Shown one piece after another: positions 9,783-19,934 of a stretch of DNA of 64,000 bases; the stretch's first letter is position 1; every line of letters starts with the position of its first letter. The notes under the pieces were generated by a model. It did not search any database, was not told where the DNA came from, and saw only the letters and a program-made list of their open reading frames with translations. The position numbers were made by a program, and so were the translations under genes. The stretch is from Planctomycetota bacterium (GTDB lineage Bacteria; Planctomycetota; UBA8108; SXIK01): positions 1,184,001 through 1,248,000 of the forward strand of contig CBDCXR010000004.1 of the NCBI GenBank assembly GCA_965223845.1. Direction: 5' to 3'.

Positions 9783-11183
9783 TCAGGGCAGCTCGCGAAC
9801 TTCGATGTTCTTCAGCTTCACGATCGTATTGCCGTGGTGCATCTGAAACGCGAAGTAACCTTCCTGATGCGCGTCGTTGCGGTGAACGACGACGACCTTT
9901 CCGTTCAGCTTCACGACGAAGCGGTCATCGACGGCGATGACGTGGAGATTGAACCAAAAGTTGCCGTCGTCCTTGGCCTTTTCGTAGCCGAGGTGGCGCT
10001 TGATGTCCTTATCGAGAAGGGTCGGCTGGGGGTAAAACGTTCCGCTCCGCTTCGGATCGCCGTCGTAGCCGTTATTGATCTGCGCCTCGTACCCGATCGG
10101 CCAGTTCTTCCACTTCCCGTCCTTCAGGTTTGCGGGCGAGCAGCGAAAGTACATGCCGCTGTTTCCGTTCGGATCGATATTGACGTCCGCGCGGTACTCG
10201 AAGTTTCGGAATTGGCGCTTCACGTAGTAAATGTGGCTCGAGCCCTTTTCCCACGTCCCCTGAAGGATTCCACCCGGCTGCACCGTCCAGTGGCGGCGAG
10301 TCTTCGCCGTGTCGTCGGTCGTCTCCCAGTCGGTGCCGAAATTGAGGGACTCGCCGTTGAAAATGCGCGTCCACTCCGAGCGCACCGGCGCGTGGCCGAC
10401 GCTCAGCTTGGCGGCGAACTCGTCCTTCGACTTGCGGACGTCCTCCTTGAGCGCCCAGCGGATGCCGGCGAGGAGGTGCTCCTGGTAGAGCGGATTGTCC
10501 CAGACGTCTTCGCGGTGGCCGAGTGACGTGTAGAACACGCGTCCTTCGCCGTGCGGCTTACACCAGGCGACGGGATAGTCGCCCTTCGTCACGTCGTGGC
10601 CGCCCTTCACGGGCGCCTCCTTGAGGCGAAGGATGACGTGGATGTTGTCGCGGGAGTAGTTCTTGAAGATGTAGATCTCGTCCTTGATACGCCAGGGCGA
10701 CGGCAGCATGCGCGCGGCGGGATGGGCGGGATCCTCGAGCTCGATCGTGACATCCTCGTGCCACGGGTGCCCGTTGAACGAGCCGCCGATCATTTCGTAA
10801 TAGGGAGCCCAGTCCTTGTACGTATCCGTCGCCGAGTGCGTACCGATGAACGCGCCCCCCGCATTGACGAATTCGATGAGAGCGTTGCGATTCTCCTCGC
10901 TGAGTGGGAACTGTTTCAGGTCTCCGGTCGTGTTCGCGAAGAGAACTCCGTCGAACGACTCGAGCGCTTCGGGAGTGATGAATGCGACGGAGTCCGTGAA
11001 GACGACCTCGAACGCGTTCGAGCGCCGAGCGATCTTCATCATGACCGTCGCGGCGTGCTCGCAGGAGCTGTGGTGGAACCCGGCGGTGCGATTGACGACG
11101 AGGAGGCGAGGTTTGTCGGCGGCGCTCGCGAGCGCCGGCAGAGCTGCCAAAAGAAGGACGAGAATCGATCGGACGAGCGGCAT
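9783..11183 (-). CDS. secreted ThuA-like domain + DUF1080 (3-keto-disaccharide hydrolase-like) protein
   Basis: Start MPLVRSILVLLL (signal peptide) with AAGGAG RBS; GFHHSS, GTHSATD, DEIY and RVFYTSLGH (ThuA); GNSGMYF...GYEAQIN...FQMH (DUF1080). Confidence 0.88.
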   Translation of the reverse strand: MPLVRSILVLLLAALPALASAADKPRLLVVNRTAGFHHSSCEHAATVMMKIARRSNAFEVVFTDSVAFITPEALESFDGVLFANTTGDLKQFPLSEENRNALIEFVNAGGAFIGTHSATDTYKDWAPYYEMIGGSFNGHPWHEDVTIELEDPAHPAARMLPSPWRIKDEIYIFKNYSRDNIHVILRLKEAPVKGGHDVTKGDYPVAWCKPHGEGRVFYTSLGHREDVWDNPLYQEHLLAGIRWALKEDVRKSKDEFAAKLSVGHAPVRSEWTRIFNGESLNFGTDWETTDDTAKTRRHWTVQPGGILQGTWEKGSSHIYYVKRQFRNFEYRADVNIDPNGNSGMYFRCSPANLKDGKWKNWPIGYEAQINNGYDGDPKRSGTFYPQPTLLDKDIKRHLGYEKAKDDGNFWFNLHVIAVDDRFVVKLNGKVVVVHRNDAHQEGYFAFQMHHGNTIVKLKNIEVRELP

Positions 11184-11299
11184 GGAGTTCTCCTTCGTCT
11201 TGTGAGTGCGGGGCGACACGACCACGTGTCTCCACGCCGGAGGGGGGAACGCGCCCATTGTCTCGGCGCGCGACGGGAGAGAAAAGTCCGAAGCGTCTC

Positions 11300-12438
11300 T
11301 CAAGTCTCGCCGTAGGCCCAATCGAGCCACGGAAAGAGCGCCTCGAGCTCCGCGGTCTCGACGGTTCCTCCGCCCCAGAGCCGGAGCCCCGGAGGCGCGT
11401 CGCGGTAGGCGCCGATGTCGAACGCGACGCCTTCGTCTTCGAGCCTTGTCGCGATCGCCTTCGCCCTGCTCGCCTGCGCTTCCGCCGGGAGGGCGGAGAA
11501 CGCGGGCGCGACGATGCGCAGGCAGATCGACGTCGAGGAACGGTAGAGCGGATCGGCGGCGAGAAAATCGACCCAATCGGTGCGACTCACCCAGTCGCTC
11601 ACCGCGTCGAGGTTCTCGCGGCTTCGCGAGCGAAGCGCGGCGGCTCCACCGATCGCCTCGACCCAGCCGAGGCCGTCGAGGTAATCTTCGACGCAAAGGA
11701 GCGATGGCGTGTTGATCGTGTCGCCGCGGAAGATCCCTTCGATCAGCTTTCCTCCCTTCGTCAGCCGAAAGATCTTCGGCAGCGGCCACGGAGGTGAGTA
11801 CGACTCGAGTCGCTCGACCGCGCGCGGGCTGAGAATCAGCATTCCGTGCTGAGCCTCGCCGCCCAGAACCTTCTGCCAGGAGTACGTCGTCGCGTCGAGC
11901 TTCTCCCACGGCAGCTCCATCGCGAACGCCGCGGACGTCGCATCGCAGATCGTAGGCCGCCCCGATCGGCCGGAATCCAATCGCCGTCGGGAAGACAAAC
12001 TCCCGAGGTCGTCCCATTCCATACGAAGACGACGTCGCGGGTGAAATCGACTGCGGTGAGATCCGGCAGTTCGCCGTACTCGGCCTCGAGCACGCGCGCG
12101 TCAGAAAGACGAAGCTGCTTGACGACGTCCGTCACCCAGCCGGACGAAAAGCTCTCCCACGCGAGCAGGTCGACCGGTCGCTCGCCGAGGACCGACCAGA
12201 GGATCATCTCGACCGCGCCCGTATCGGAGGCGGGAACGATCCCGATGCGGTAGTCGGGAGGAACATCGAGAAGCTCGCGCGTGCGATCGATCGCCTCGCG
12301 CAGTTTCGCGCGCCCGGCTTTCGAGCGATGCGAGCGCCCGACGCAAGCGTCTCGGAGCGCTTCGACGCTCCATCCGGGACGCTTCGCGCACGGACCGGAC
12401 GAAAAGAAGGGACGAGCGGGCTTCGCGGTGGGCTTCAT
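11300..12438 (-). pseudogene. serC: phosphoserine aminotransferase interrupted by a 1-bp frameshift near 11953 (pseudogene or sequencing error)
   Basis: The N-half ([34 protein letters not shown]) and C-half ([19 protein letters not shown]-lysine, TINTPS) lie in different frames; the span is 1139 nt, one base short of a multiple of 3. Confidence 0.9.
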
Positions 12439-12756
12439 GATTCGGTGGGCAGCGAGGGACGAAGAGCGTCCGCGCGCGCTCGGAGACGCCGCCGGACGGG
12501 AAAATTCGAGCGGTGAGTCTACCGAGGCGATCCGGCGATTCCTCGACAAATCTCCCCGCTCTCGCACCCTCGATCCAACCCTCTTCGCCGCCGGACGTAG
12601 CGGTAACTCCCGCGCGCTGAACCGGAACCCCCGATCGGCCGATAGAACCCATTACCTGTCCGTTCGATCGCCGAATCGGACCGACGCCCGGACGTACGGC
12701 GCGGTGTGAACCACGGCTCCCCCGGCAGCTCGAACCGGCTCAGATTGAGGTGGGAC

Positions 12757-13902
12757 ATGAGAGGAATCTCGATCCGAATGATCGCGGCGACCGTCGTCGC
12801 ACTGGCCGTCGGTTGCGGTGGCGGTGGGGGCGGGGGAGGCGGCGGTACGACGAGCGGAAACGCGCGTCCCGTCGTTCCTCACGAAGAGGGGAAGGACGCT
12901 TGCATCGAGATCAGCGTCGTTCAGAGCTCGACGGAGCAGCCCGCCGCGGTATCGCTCTTTTTTCAGGTCGAGAACTGTCGCGGCGACCCGGTGCGCGACC
13001 TCGTCGACGACAGCTTCACGATTTTCGAGAACGGCGCGCAGGTGTCGAGCTTCGAGAGCCGCCACCAGATTTTCTGTAAGGCGCAGCAGTTCCGTTCGTT
13101 CAATCTGCTTCTCCTCGACCTCAGCGCGAGCGTCATCGGTGAGGACGGGGGCGGTATCGATCGCCTGAAGGAAGCTGCGGGCGGGTTCGTCGACAGCATT
13201 CTTCTTCCGGTCCGGGACGACGACGGCAACGCGCACGACACCGACGTTCAGCGTGTCGCCATCTACTGGTTCGACGGTTCCGCGACGATTTATCCGCTCG
13301 TCGACTTCACCGACGATCGAGCGGCACTTCTCGACGGCGTCGCGTCGCTCGACGCGTCGTTCGCGATCGACAATTCGACGAATCTCTACGGCTCGGTGAT
13401 GATTGGGGTCGACACGCTCAACGCGGCGCGGAGCCGAGCGCGGAGCCGAGAGGCGATTCCGTTTACGATCGGCTCCCTCACGATTTTTACCGACGGCACC
13501 GACCAGGCCGGCCGCGCGACGCTCGCGAACGCCCTTCGCAAGGTGACCGCGTATGACAACTACGTCTTTACGATCGGGCTTGGACGGGAGATCGACGCCA
13601 CTGTTCTCCACCAGATCGGGAAGTCCGGCTCGAAGATCATCCCGCCGGGCGCGACCCCCGAGGACGAGCTTCGCGGCATCGTCGACGCCTTTCGCGATTT
13701 CGGCGAGCGGATCGAGGCGATCGCGAACAGCTTCTATCTGCTCAAGTACTGTTCGCCGAAACGAGCCGGCACGCACACTCTCACGCTCGTCGCGACGCGC
13801 GGGGAGGAGACCGGCCAGGCTTCGAGTCGGTTCCGTGCGGACGGATTCGAGTTCGGCTGCGTGATTCCGGACGGCACGCCGCTCAGCGAATGCGCGCGGT
13901 AG
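12757..13902 (+). CDS. VWA-domain lipoprotein
   Basis: Lipobox LAVGC followed by poly-Gly; DLSAS MIDAS motif, STNLYG, IFTDG, FTIGLG. Confidence 0.85.
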   Translation: MRGISIRMIAATVVALAVGCGGGGGGGGGGTTSGNARPVVPHEEGKDACIEISVVQSSTEQPAAVSLFFQVENCRGDPVRDLVDDSFTIFENGAQVSSFESRHQIFCKAQQFRSFNLLLLDLSASVIGEDGGGIDRLKEAAGGFVDSILLPVRDDDGNAHDTDVQRVAIYWFDGSATIYPLVDFTDDRAALLDGVASLDASFAIDNSTNLYGSVMIGVDTLNAARSRARSREAIPFTIGSLTIFTDGTDQAGRATLANALRKVTAYDNYVFTIGLGREIDATVLHQIGKSGSKIIPPGATPEDELRGIVDAFRDFGERIEAIANSFYLLKYCSPKRAGTHTLTLVATRGEETGQASSRFRADGFEFGCVIPDGTPLSECAR

Positions 13903-13921
13903 TTCGAGCCTTCGCAAATCC

Positions 13922-15028
13922 TTAGGAGAGGATCTGCGTCAGCTTCTCCGGATCGCGGCCGAAGCGTTCGCGGAACTCACCGACCGTCGGACGGAGCCGC
14001 ACTTCGACCTTCGCGTCGTGGTGGAGGGCGATCGACTCCAAGCGATGGTCGAGGTACGGATTACGAAACCGCGTGAGTGTTTCTTCCGCGTACTCGCGTA
14101 CTCCGGCGACCCGTCCGTCTAGGGTCGCGACGATTTCGTCGAAGAGGAGCTCGCGGAGCCATTCTCCGATCGCAGGATCCTCGACGGCTTCGCGGACCGT
14201 GTCGAACCCGAGCGGCATCGCCTTCGTGACGAGTGCCGAATGTGCGCCGTTGAGGACTCTCACCTTTCGCAGGTGATACGGTGCGACGTCGGTCGTACGG
14301 ATGATCGCCGGATGATCGAAGAGCGCGCGAGCCCGCGGTAGGTCCTCGATGACCCAGAGCGCGTATGGCTCGGCGCAGGTGACGAGCGCGTCGGTTGCGA
14401 GAAGCGGATGCTCGTCGGGGGGGCCCGGGACGATTCGGTCGACGAGTGTGTTCGGCCACGTACACTCACTCGAGATCCAGCGGCGGGTCCCGTTGTCGAC
14501 ACCCCAGCGCGTCGCGAGCTCGAGGACGACCGAGCGCAGTCGATCGGCGTTGTTCTCGAACAGCTCGCAGGGAAGGACGGTGAGCGGTGGCGATCCGCTT
14601 CTCGCACGGTGGGCGAGGCACGCGAGCAGCTTCGCCGGGAACGATCGCGGGGGGAGATCGTCCGGCGCGTCTCGTGGATCGAGGTCGTATCCCTTCTCCG
14701 TCGTGTTCGAGACGATCCAGGCGAGCTCGGGACTCGCCGCGACGCGGAGGATCTCGTTCCACGCGTCCGCAGCCGCGAGCGCGCGGGAAACGCTTGCGAC
14801 GGTCTTGATCGACTCCGCGGCTTTTCCGTCGACCAGACCGCGCACGATGACGTGGTAGCGCCCTCTCTGACGCTCGAGGGCGTCCGCGCGCGTCGTTCCC
14901 ATCGACTGGACGACGACGACGCTCCCGGCGTCCTGTCCACTGGCGTTCGCCTCCTCGACGAAGAGATCGACGAACGCACGGAGGAAATTCCCCGTTCCAA
15001 ACTGGAGGATCGTCTCTCGCTGATCCAT
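13922..15028 (-). CDS. uxaB: altronate oxidoreductase / tagaturonate reductase (mannitol dehydrogenase family)
   Basis: ILQFGTGNFLRAF, SNTTE, PCEL, TLVDRIVPG, KVRVLNGAH, RFRNPY. Confidence 0.85.
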   Translation of the reverse strand: MDQRETILQFGTGNFLRAFVDLFVEEANASGQDAGSVVVVQSMGTTRADALERQRGRYHVIVRGLVDGKAAESIKTVASVSRALAAADAWNEILRVAASPELAWIVSNTTEKGYDLDPRDAPDDLPPRSFPAKLLACLAHRARSGSPPLTVLPCELFENNADRLRSVVLELATRWGVDNGTRRWISSECTWPNTLVDRIVPGPPDEHPLLATDALVTCAEPYALWVIEDLPRARALFDHPAIIRTTDVAPYHLRKVRVLNGAHSALVTKAMPLGFDTVREAVEDPAIGEWLRELLFDEIVATLDGRVAGVREYAEETLTRFRNPYLDHRLESIALHHDAKVEVRLRPTVGEFRERFGRDPEKLTQILS

Positions 15029-15263
15029 GAAGACTCACCGGCAGAGGAAGAAACGCGAACTGTAGCGAATCCACTCGGGCGGCGACAGGAGAAACGGCGG
15101 GGCGCGAAGCTACCGGCCACCGCTGCGTTTCTCGGGGCCGCGCCCTGCGCTTGCGTTTTTCCCGCGCCGCCCGAAGATGCGAACGACCACCGCGTCGGTC
15201 CTCGGCTGTCCGCCGACCGGTGGGGCAGAAGTACCGCCCCGAGAATGGAGTCGCAGCGTGACC

Positions 15264-15914
15264 ATGAAACTGGCCCTCAGGATCGCGATCGGTCTCTCCG
15301 TGCTCGTCGGCGTCTTGCTTCTCGGCGGACTCCTCTGCCCGAGTGGCTGGGACGTTCAGCGTGAGATTCGCACCACCGCGGAGCCCACTGTCGTTTTCGC
15401 GAAGGTCGCCGACTTCCGAGAGTGGGATCGCTGGTCGCCGCGAACGCGGGGAACCGAGTGGGACGTCGAGACGTCGAGCGAGGGACCCCACGGCGCCGTG
15501 GGCGCCGAACGCACGTGGAAGGGAGACCGGGTCGGCTCGGGACGCATGACCGCCACCGCGGTCGATTCTCCCCGGGAGTTCGCCTACGAGCTCGACGTCG
15601 GTGGAATGTACTCCGGTGCCGGTGTCGTCTCGATCGAGTCTGACGGGGACACGACGGTCGTCCGGTGGCGCGAATCGGGCGATGTCGGCTACGACCTATT
15701 TAGCCGTTATTTCATGCTCGCGATGGACTCGATCGTCGGCGCCGAGCTCGAGCGAGGACTCGAGCGTTTGCGAACGGTGGTCGAAGACCCCGGTGCCGGA
15801 GGCGGTGTCGGCGAAGGTGAAGCTCCCGCCGATGGAAATGCGAAGGACGGAGCCGAATCGACGGACGCTGACGGGGATGCGCCGTCAACAAACTCCGCCG
15901 AAGCCCCGCGCTGA
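15264..15914 (+). CDS. SRPBCC / polyketide cyclase family protein with N-terminal membrane anchor
   Basis: N-terminal hydrophobic helix; VQREI..VFAKVADFREWDRWSP; C-terminal helix ELERGLERLR; acidic tail. Confidence 0.8.
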   Translation: MKLALRIAIGLSVLVGVLLLGGLLCPSGWDVQREIRTTAEPTVVFAKVADFREWDRWSPRTRGTEWDVETSSEGPHGAVGAERTWKGDRVGSGRMTATAVDSPREFAYELDVGGMYSGAGVVSIESDGDTTVVRWRESGDVGYDLFSRYFMLAMDSIVGAELERGLERLRTVVEDPGAGGGVGEGEAPADGNAKDGAESTDADGDAPSTNSAEAPR

Positions 15915-15924
15915 ACGACGACCG

Positions 15925-16884
15925 TCACTCGGCGCCGAGAACGTCGCGAAGCTGGGCGACCGAGATGTTTCCTCCGCTCAGCACCACGCCGACCTTTCGA
16001 CCCCGGAGCGAGTCACGGAGCCGAATCGCAGCGGCGAGAGCGGCCGCACCCGCTCCCTCGGCGAGCGAGCGCGTCTTTTCGAGGTAGAGCCGAACCGCCC
16101 GCCGAATGTCCTCCTCGCTCACGAGGACGAAGTCGTCGAGTCTCTCGCGGAGCACGGACTGCGTCAGGCTGAAGGAGCTCTGTGTCGCGAGCCCTTCGGC
16201 GAAGGTCGTCGACGGCGCGACGACGGGCCGTCGTTCGCGCCAGGATCGGTAACTCGCGGGCGCTTCTTCGGACGTCACGCCGATGATCCTCGCGTCCGGC
16301 GCGATCGCGTCCCGCACGATACAGCACGCCGACGCGCCGCTTCCACCACCGATGGGAACGATGAGCGTATCGATGCGCACTCTCGAGCTGAAGATTTCGA
16401 GCGCGTACGTCGCGACGCCCGCGATGAGATCGGGCTCGTTCGCCGCGTGCACGTAGCGGAGGCCGCGCGCGGCGGCTTCCGCTTCCACGCGCTCGCGCGT
16501 TTCGTCGTAGTAGTTCCCGTGAACGAGAATGTTCGCGCCGAGCGCGCGCATCGAATCGACCTTGCCCGGATTCGCTCCTTCGGGAACTCCGATGGTCGTA
16601 GGGACACCGAGGACGCGTCCAGCGTACGCGAGTGACTGACCGTGGTTGCCCGTCGACGCGGCGATGATCCCCGCGCTCCGCTCGGACGCACTCAGTCGCG
16701 ACAGGAGATAGACACCGCCGCGAATCTTGAACGAACCGATCGCCGTGTGATTCTCGTGTTTCACATAGAGCTCGAGCCCGATTGCCGCATCGAGCGCGGG
16801 ATAGGATGTGAGCGGGGTCGGGGGGACGAGCGACGCGAGCGAGTTGCGCGCGTCGAACACTTCGCGAATCGTAGGTGGGTTCAT
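15925..16884 (-). CDS. PLP-dependent threonine/serine dehydratase family protein without a regulatory domain
   Basis: KHEN..GSFKIRG, STGNHG, PIGGGSG, SGGN; start MNPPTIREV at 16884. Confidence 0.9.
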   Translation of the reverse strand: MNPPTIREVFDARNSLASLVPPTPLTSYPALDAAIGLELYVKHENHTAIGSFKIRGGVYLLSRLSASERSAGIIAASTGNHGQSLAYAGRVLGVPTTIGVPEGANPGKVDSMRALGANILVHGNYYDETRERVEAEAAARGLRYVHAANEPDLIAGVATYALEIFSSRVRIDTLIVPIGGGSGASACCIVRDAIAPDARIIGVTSEEAPASYRSWRERRPVVAPSTTFAEGLATQSSFSLTQSVLRERLDDFVLVSEEDIRRAVRLYLEKTRSLAEGAGAAALAAAIRLRDSLRGRKVGVVLSGGNISVAQLRDVLGAE

Positions 16885-17058
16885 GGCGTCGGGTGAGCGG
16901 GGGAAACGAATCCCCGGAGACGAGCGGAGCGAGGACGTGCGCGCTTCGCGCTCGCGCCGGAAGGGGCTGATCGGCCTATCTTGCATCTGCGGCGTCCGGT
17001 TTCTATTCTCGGTCTCGCCGAATCTTTCGACCGAACCCGAAGTCTGGCGGGGAATCCC

Positions 17059-17358
17059 ATGCTCTCGCACAACGTCTACTTCACACTCTCGGACGACTCG
17101 ACCGAGGCCCAGAGCCGCCTTCTCTCGGCATGCCGGAAGTACCTCACCGGCCACCCCGGCGAGGTCCATTTTTCCTGCGGGACGGTGTCGTCGCTGAATC
17201 GACCCGTGAACGATCGCACGTTCCACGTGGGGCTCACCATCGTGTTCGAGAGCCGCGCCGCACACGACGCGTATCAGGTGCATCCGCGACACGAGGAATT
17301 CATCGCGGAGAACAAGGACAACTGGGCGCAAGTGCGCGTCTTCGACGTCGAGAGTTGA
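17059..17358 (+). CDS. Dabb family (stress-responsive A/B barrel) protein
   Basis: HNVYF, FESRAAHDAYQVHPRH, VRVFD. Confidence 0.88.
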   Translation: MLSHNVYFTLSDDSTEAQSRLLSACRKYLTGHPGEVHFSCGTVSSLNRPVNDRTFHVGLTIVFESRAAHDAYQVHPRHEEFIAENKDNWAQVRVFDVES

Positions 17359-17383
17359 TCGACGACTCGTCGGTGCCCCGAAC

Positions 17384-18637
17384 ATGAAGCGATTCCGACG
17401 ACGATTCGCCGCTGCTCTCGCGGTGACAGCGCTCGCCGGGGGCCAAGCCGCGATCCGTGCGAACGACGGCGAACCACCGCTCTCGGGTGAACCGTGGACG
17501 CGCCACACGATTGACCGCGGAGGCAAGGGCGACCGCGGAGCGAAGGGCGCCGACGGCGTCAAGCTCGCCGACGTCGATCGCGATGGTCGCGTCGACATCG
17601 TCACGGGCTGGGAAGAGTCCGGAATCGTTCGCGTCGCGTTTCAGCCGGAGCGCGAACGGATCCGCGATCCCTGGACGGCGTGCACGATCGGCGCTGCACG
17701 TGCCGTCGAGGATGCCCATCCGATCGACCTCGATGCGGACGGTCGAATCGACATCGTCGCCGCGAGCGAAGGAAGCACCCGGACACTGACGGTGTTTTGG
17801 GGGCCGAAGGACTCGAGCCGCGCTCGCGACACGGACGCGTGGCCGGCCGGCGAGGTTCTCCCCGCGTCGGCGGACCGGATGGCGTGGATGTTCTGCGCGT
17901 CGTCGGATGTCGATCGTGACGGTCGACTCGATCTCGTCGCGGGCGGAAAGGGGGCGGGGGCTGCGATCGGCTGGTTTCGCGCCCCCGCCGACGCGCGCCG
18001 GCTCGAAGCATGGACGTGGAACGAGCTGCGCACCGCCGGGTGGGTGATGACGATCGCGCCGGTCGATGTCGATGCGGACGGATTCGAGGATCTCGTCGTC
18101 ACCGATCGCAAGGGGGCGCGTCGCGGCGCGGTGTGGCTCCGGCATCCCGGGAAGCGCCGAACGGAGGACGCGTGGCGCGAGTTCCCGATCGGAGCGATCG
18201 GGCGCGAAGTGATGTTCGCGGATGTGGGGGACTTCGACGCCGATGGCCGCGTCGACGTCGCCTTCGCGGTAAAGCCGAAGTCACTCGAGATCGCGTTCCA
18301 ACGAGGGAAAGGCGCGGCGAGGTGGGAGGTGGAGAGCGCCGCGATTCCGCCGAACGCCGGCACCGCGAAATCGCTCGCCGTCGGCGATCTCGACGGCGAC
18401 GGGACGGCGGATCTCGTCTACACGTGTGAAGGGGCGAAAGGAAGGATCGGCGCGGGGTGGATCGCGCGGGGCGCTCGACGCCACCGCGATCTCGGCGGCG
18501 CGCGCGGAACGAAGTTCGACTACGTGGTCCTTCGCGACCTCGACGGTGACGGCGACCTCGACGCGATCACCTGCGAAGAGCGCGAGCAGCTCGGCGTCGT
18601 GTGGTACGAAAACCGGCGCCGCGGCTCGAGGGAGTGA
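17384..18637 (+). CDS. secreted FG-GAP/VCBS repeat beta-propeller protein
   Basis: Signal peptide; seven D(V/L/F)DxDGxxD(I/L/V/A) motifs; C-terminal WYEN. Confidence 0.88.
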   Translation: MKRFRRRFAAALAVTALAGGQAAIRANDGEPPLSGEPWTRHTIDRGGKGDRGAKGADGVKLADVDRDGRVDIVTGWEESGIVRVAFQPERERIRDPWTACTIGAARAVEDAHPIDLDADGRIDIVAASEGSTRTLTVFWGPKDSSRARDTDAWPAGEVLPASADRMAWMFCASSDVDRDGRLDLVAGGKGAGAAIGWFRAPADARRLEAWTWNELRTAGWVMTIAPVDVDADGFEDLVVTDRKGARRGAVWLRHPGKRRTEDAWREFPIGAIGREVMFADVGDFDADGRVDVAFAVKPKSLEIAFQRGKGAARWEVESAAIPPNAGTAKSLAVGDLDGDGTADLVYTCEGAKGRIGAGWIARGARRHRDLGGARGTKFDYVVLRDLDGDGDLDAITCEEREQLGVVWYENRRRGSRE

Positions 18638-18853
18638 CGCGCGCTCGGTTTCCCCTGCGGCGGGTCCGCACGAGGGACCTGACGGAGCACCCGAAGGGTT
18701 CCCGGGATTGGGGCTTTGGACGGGAGTTGCGCCCTCTGAATCGACCCGCAAACGCTTCCGAGTTTTCTGGTACGATAGGGGTCTGTCCGCCGCGCGGCTC
18801 GGCTGCGGCGGGGCAAAAGCCCTTCCCTTCAAACGCAATCAGTGGATCTGACG

Positions 18854-19831
18854 ATGTCCCGCAATCCCTCGTCTCACCGTCTCGTCCTTCATGCTTGTTT
18901 GACGCTCCTCGCCTGCACGCTCGTCCCCGCGACCGCGGCCCAGGCCCAAGCCGGGGAGGCTCCGAAAAAAGAGGAGGCCGCGGCGAAGGTCGAGCCCGGA
19001 CCCGAGCTGAAGAATTCGGTCGGAATGAAGTTTCGGCTCGTCCGCGCGGGCGAATTCGAGATGGGCTCGACGAATGAATTCGGTCGGTACGCGCACGAGC
19101 ATCGCCACCAGGTAAAGCTCACCAAGGCGTTTCACATGGGGGCGTGCGAAGTCACGCAGGAGCAGTACGCGAAGGTCATGGGCGGAAACCCGAGCTTCTT
19201 CGCCGCAAGCGGCAAGCACGCGGAGAAGGTGAAGGGGATGGAGACCGCGAAGTTCCCGGTGGAGGGCGTTTCGTGGCACGACGCGATCGAGTTCTGTAAG
19301 AAGCTCTCCGCACGCCCGGAGGAGCAAGCCGCCGGCCGGACGTACCGTTTGCCGACGGAGGCGGAGTGGGAATACGCGTGCCGTGCAGGGACCACCACGG
19401 TCTTTCACTACGGCGAGTCCCTCTCTTCGAAGCAGGCGAACTTCGACGGCAATCACCCGTATCTCGAGCGTCAGGATGTGATCAAGGGCGAGAGCCCGGA
19501 GAAGCTGAAGGGACCCTATCTCGGACGTCCGGCGGCGGTTGCGTCGTACGAACCGAACGCATTCGGGCTCTACGACATGCACGGAAACGTCTGGGAATGG
19601 GTCGCTGACTGGTACAGCCCCGTTTACTACAAGAGTTCGCCGGATACGGATCCGGCGGGCCCCGAAGAGGGCACAGAGAAGGTCGCGCGCGGCGGCGGCT
19701 GGTACTATTTCGCCGCCGGATGTCGCTCGGCGAGCCGGTATTACCGCAAGCCGGAAGAGAAGAACGATCTCTACGGCTTTCGAGTCGTGTGCGTGCAGGG
19801 GAAGCCGAGCGGGCGCGTGCGGCGATTCTGA
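18854..19831 (+). CDS. formylglycine-generating-enzyme (SUMF1/FGE-sulfatase) fold protein, secreted
   Basis: FEMGS, EVTQ, PVEGVSW, RLPTEAEWEYACRAG, NAFGLYDMHGNVWEW, RGGGW, GFRV. Confidence 0.92.
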   Translation: MSRNPSSHRLVLHACLTLLACTLVPATAAQAQAGEAPKKEEAAAKVEPGPELKNSVGMKFRLVRAGEFEMGSTNEFGRYAHEHRHQVKLTKAFHMGACEVTQEQYAKVMGGNPSFFAASGKHAEKVKGMETAKFPVEGVSWHDAIEFCKKLSARPEEQAAGRTYRLPTEAEWEYACRAGTTTVFHYGESLSSKQANFDGNHPYLERQDVIKGESPEKLKGPYLGRPAAVASYEPNAFGLYDMHGNVWEWVADWYSPVYYKSSPDTDPAGPEEGTEKVARGGGWYYFAAGCRSASRYYRKPEEKNDLYGFRVVCVQGKPSGRVRRF

Positions 19832-19934
19832 TTCTCGAATCGCGTCGTTCGCCCGACGCTGGTCACACCGCGCAGAATCGGTCGCGCTCGCGAGTTGAGC
19901 GAGCTCGCGATCGTCGTCACCCTCGGCGCACGCA

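Noticed and set aside
11940-11970. Programmed ribosomal frameshift in serC
   Set aside because: No slippery heptamer or run at the junction, and no precedent for this gene that I know of.
11184-12017. N-terminal extension making ThuA-DUF1080 744 aa, and similar extensions at 4086, 17604, 28594 and 52083
   Set aside because: The extensions overlap neighbouring genes or spacers and are low-complexity Arg-rich; internal starts with an RBS or signal peptide fit better.
18854-19831. Diversity-generating retroelement target (FGE/CLec fold ending GFRV)
   Set aside because: I saw no template repeat of the 3' region and no reverse transcriptase in the window; a remote DGR cannot be excluded.
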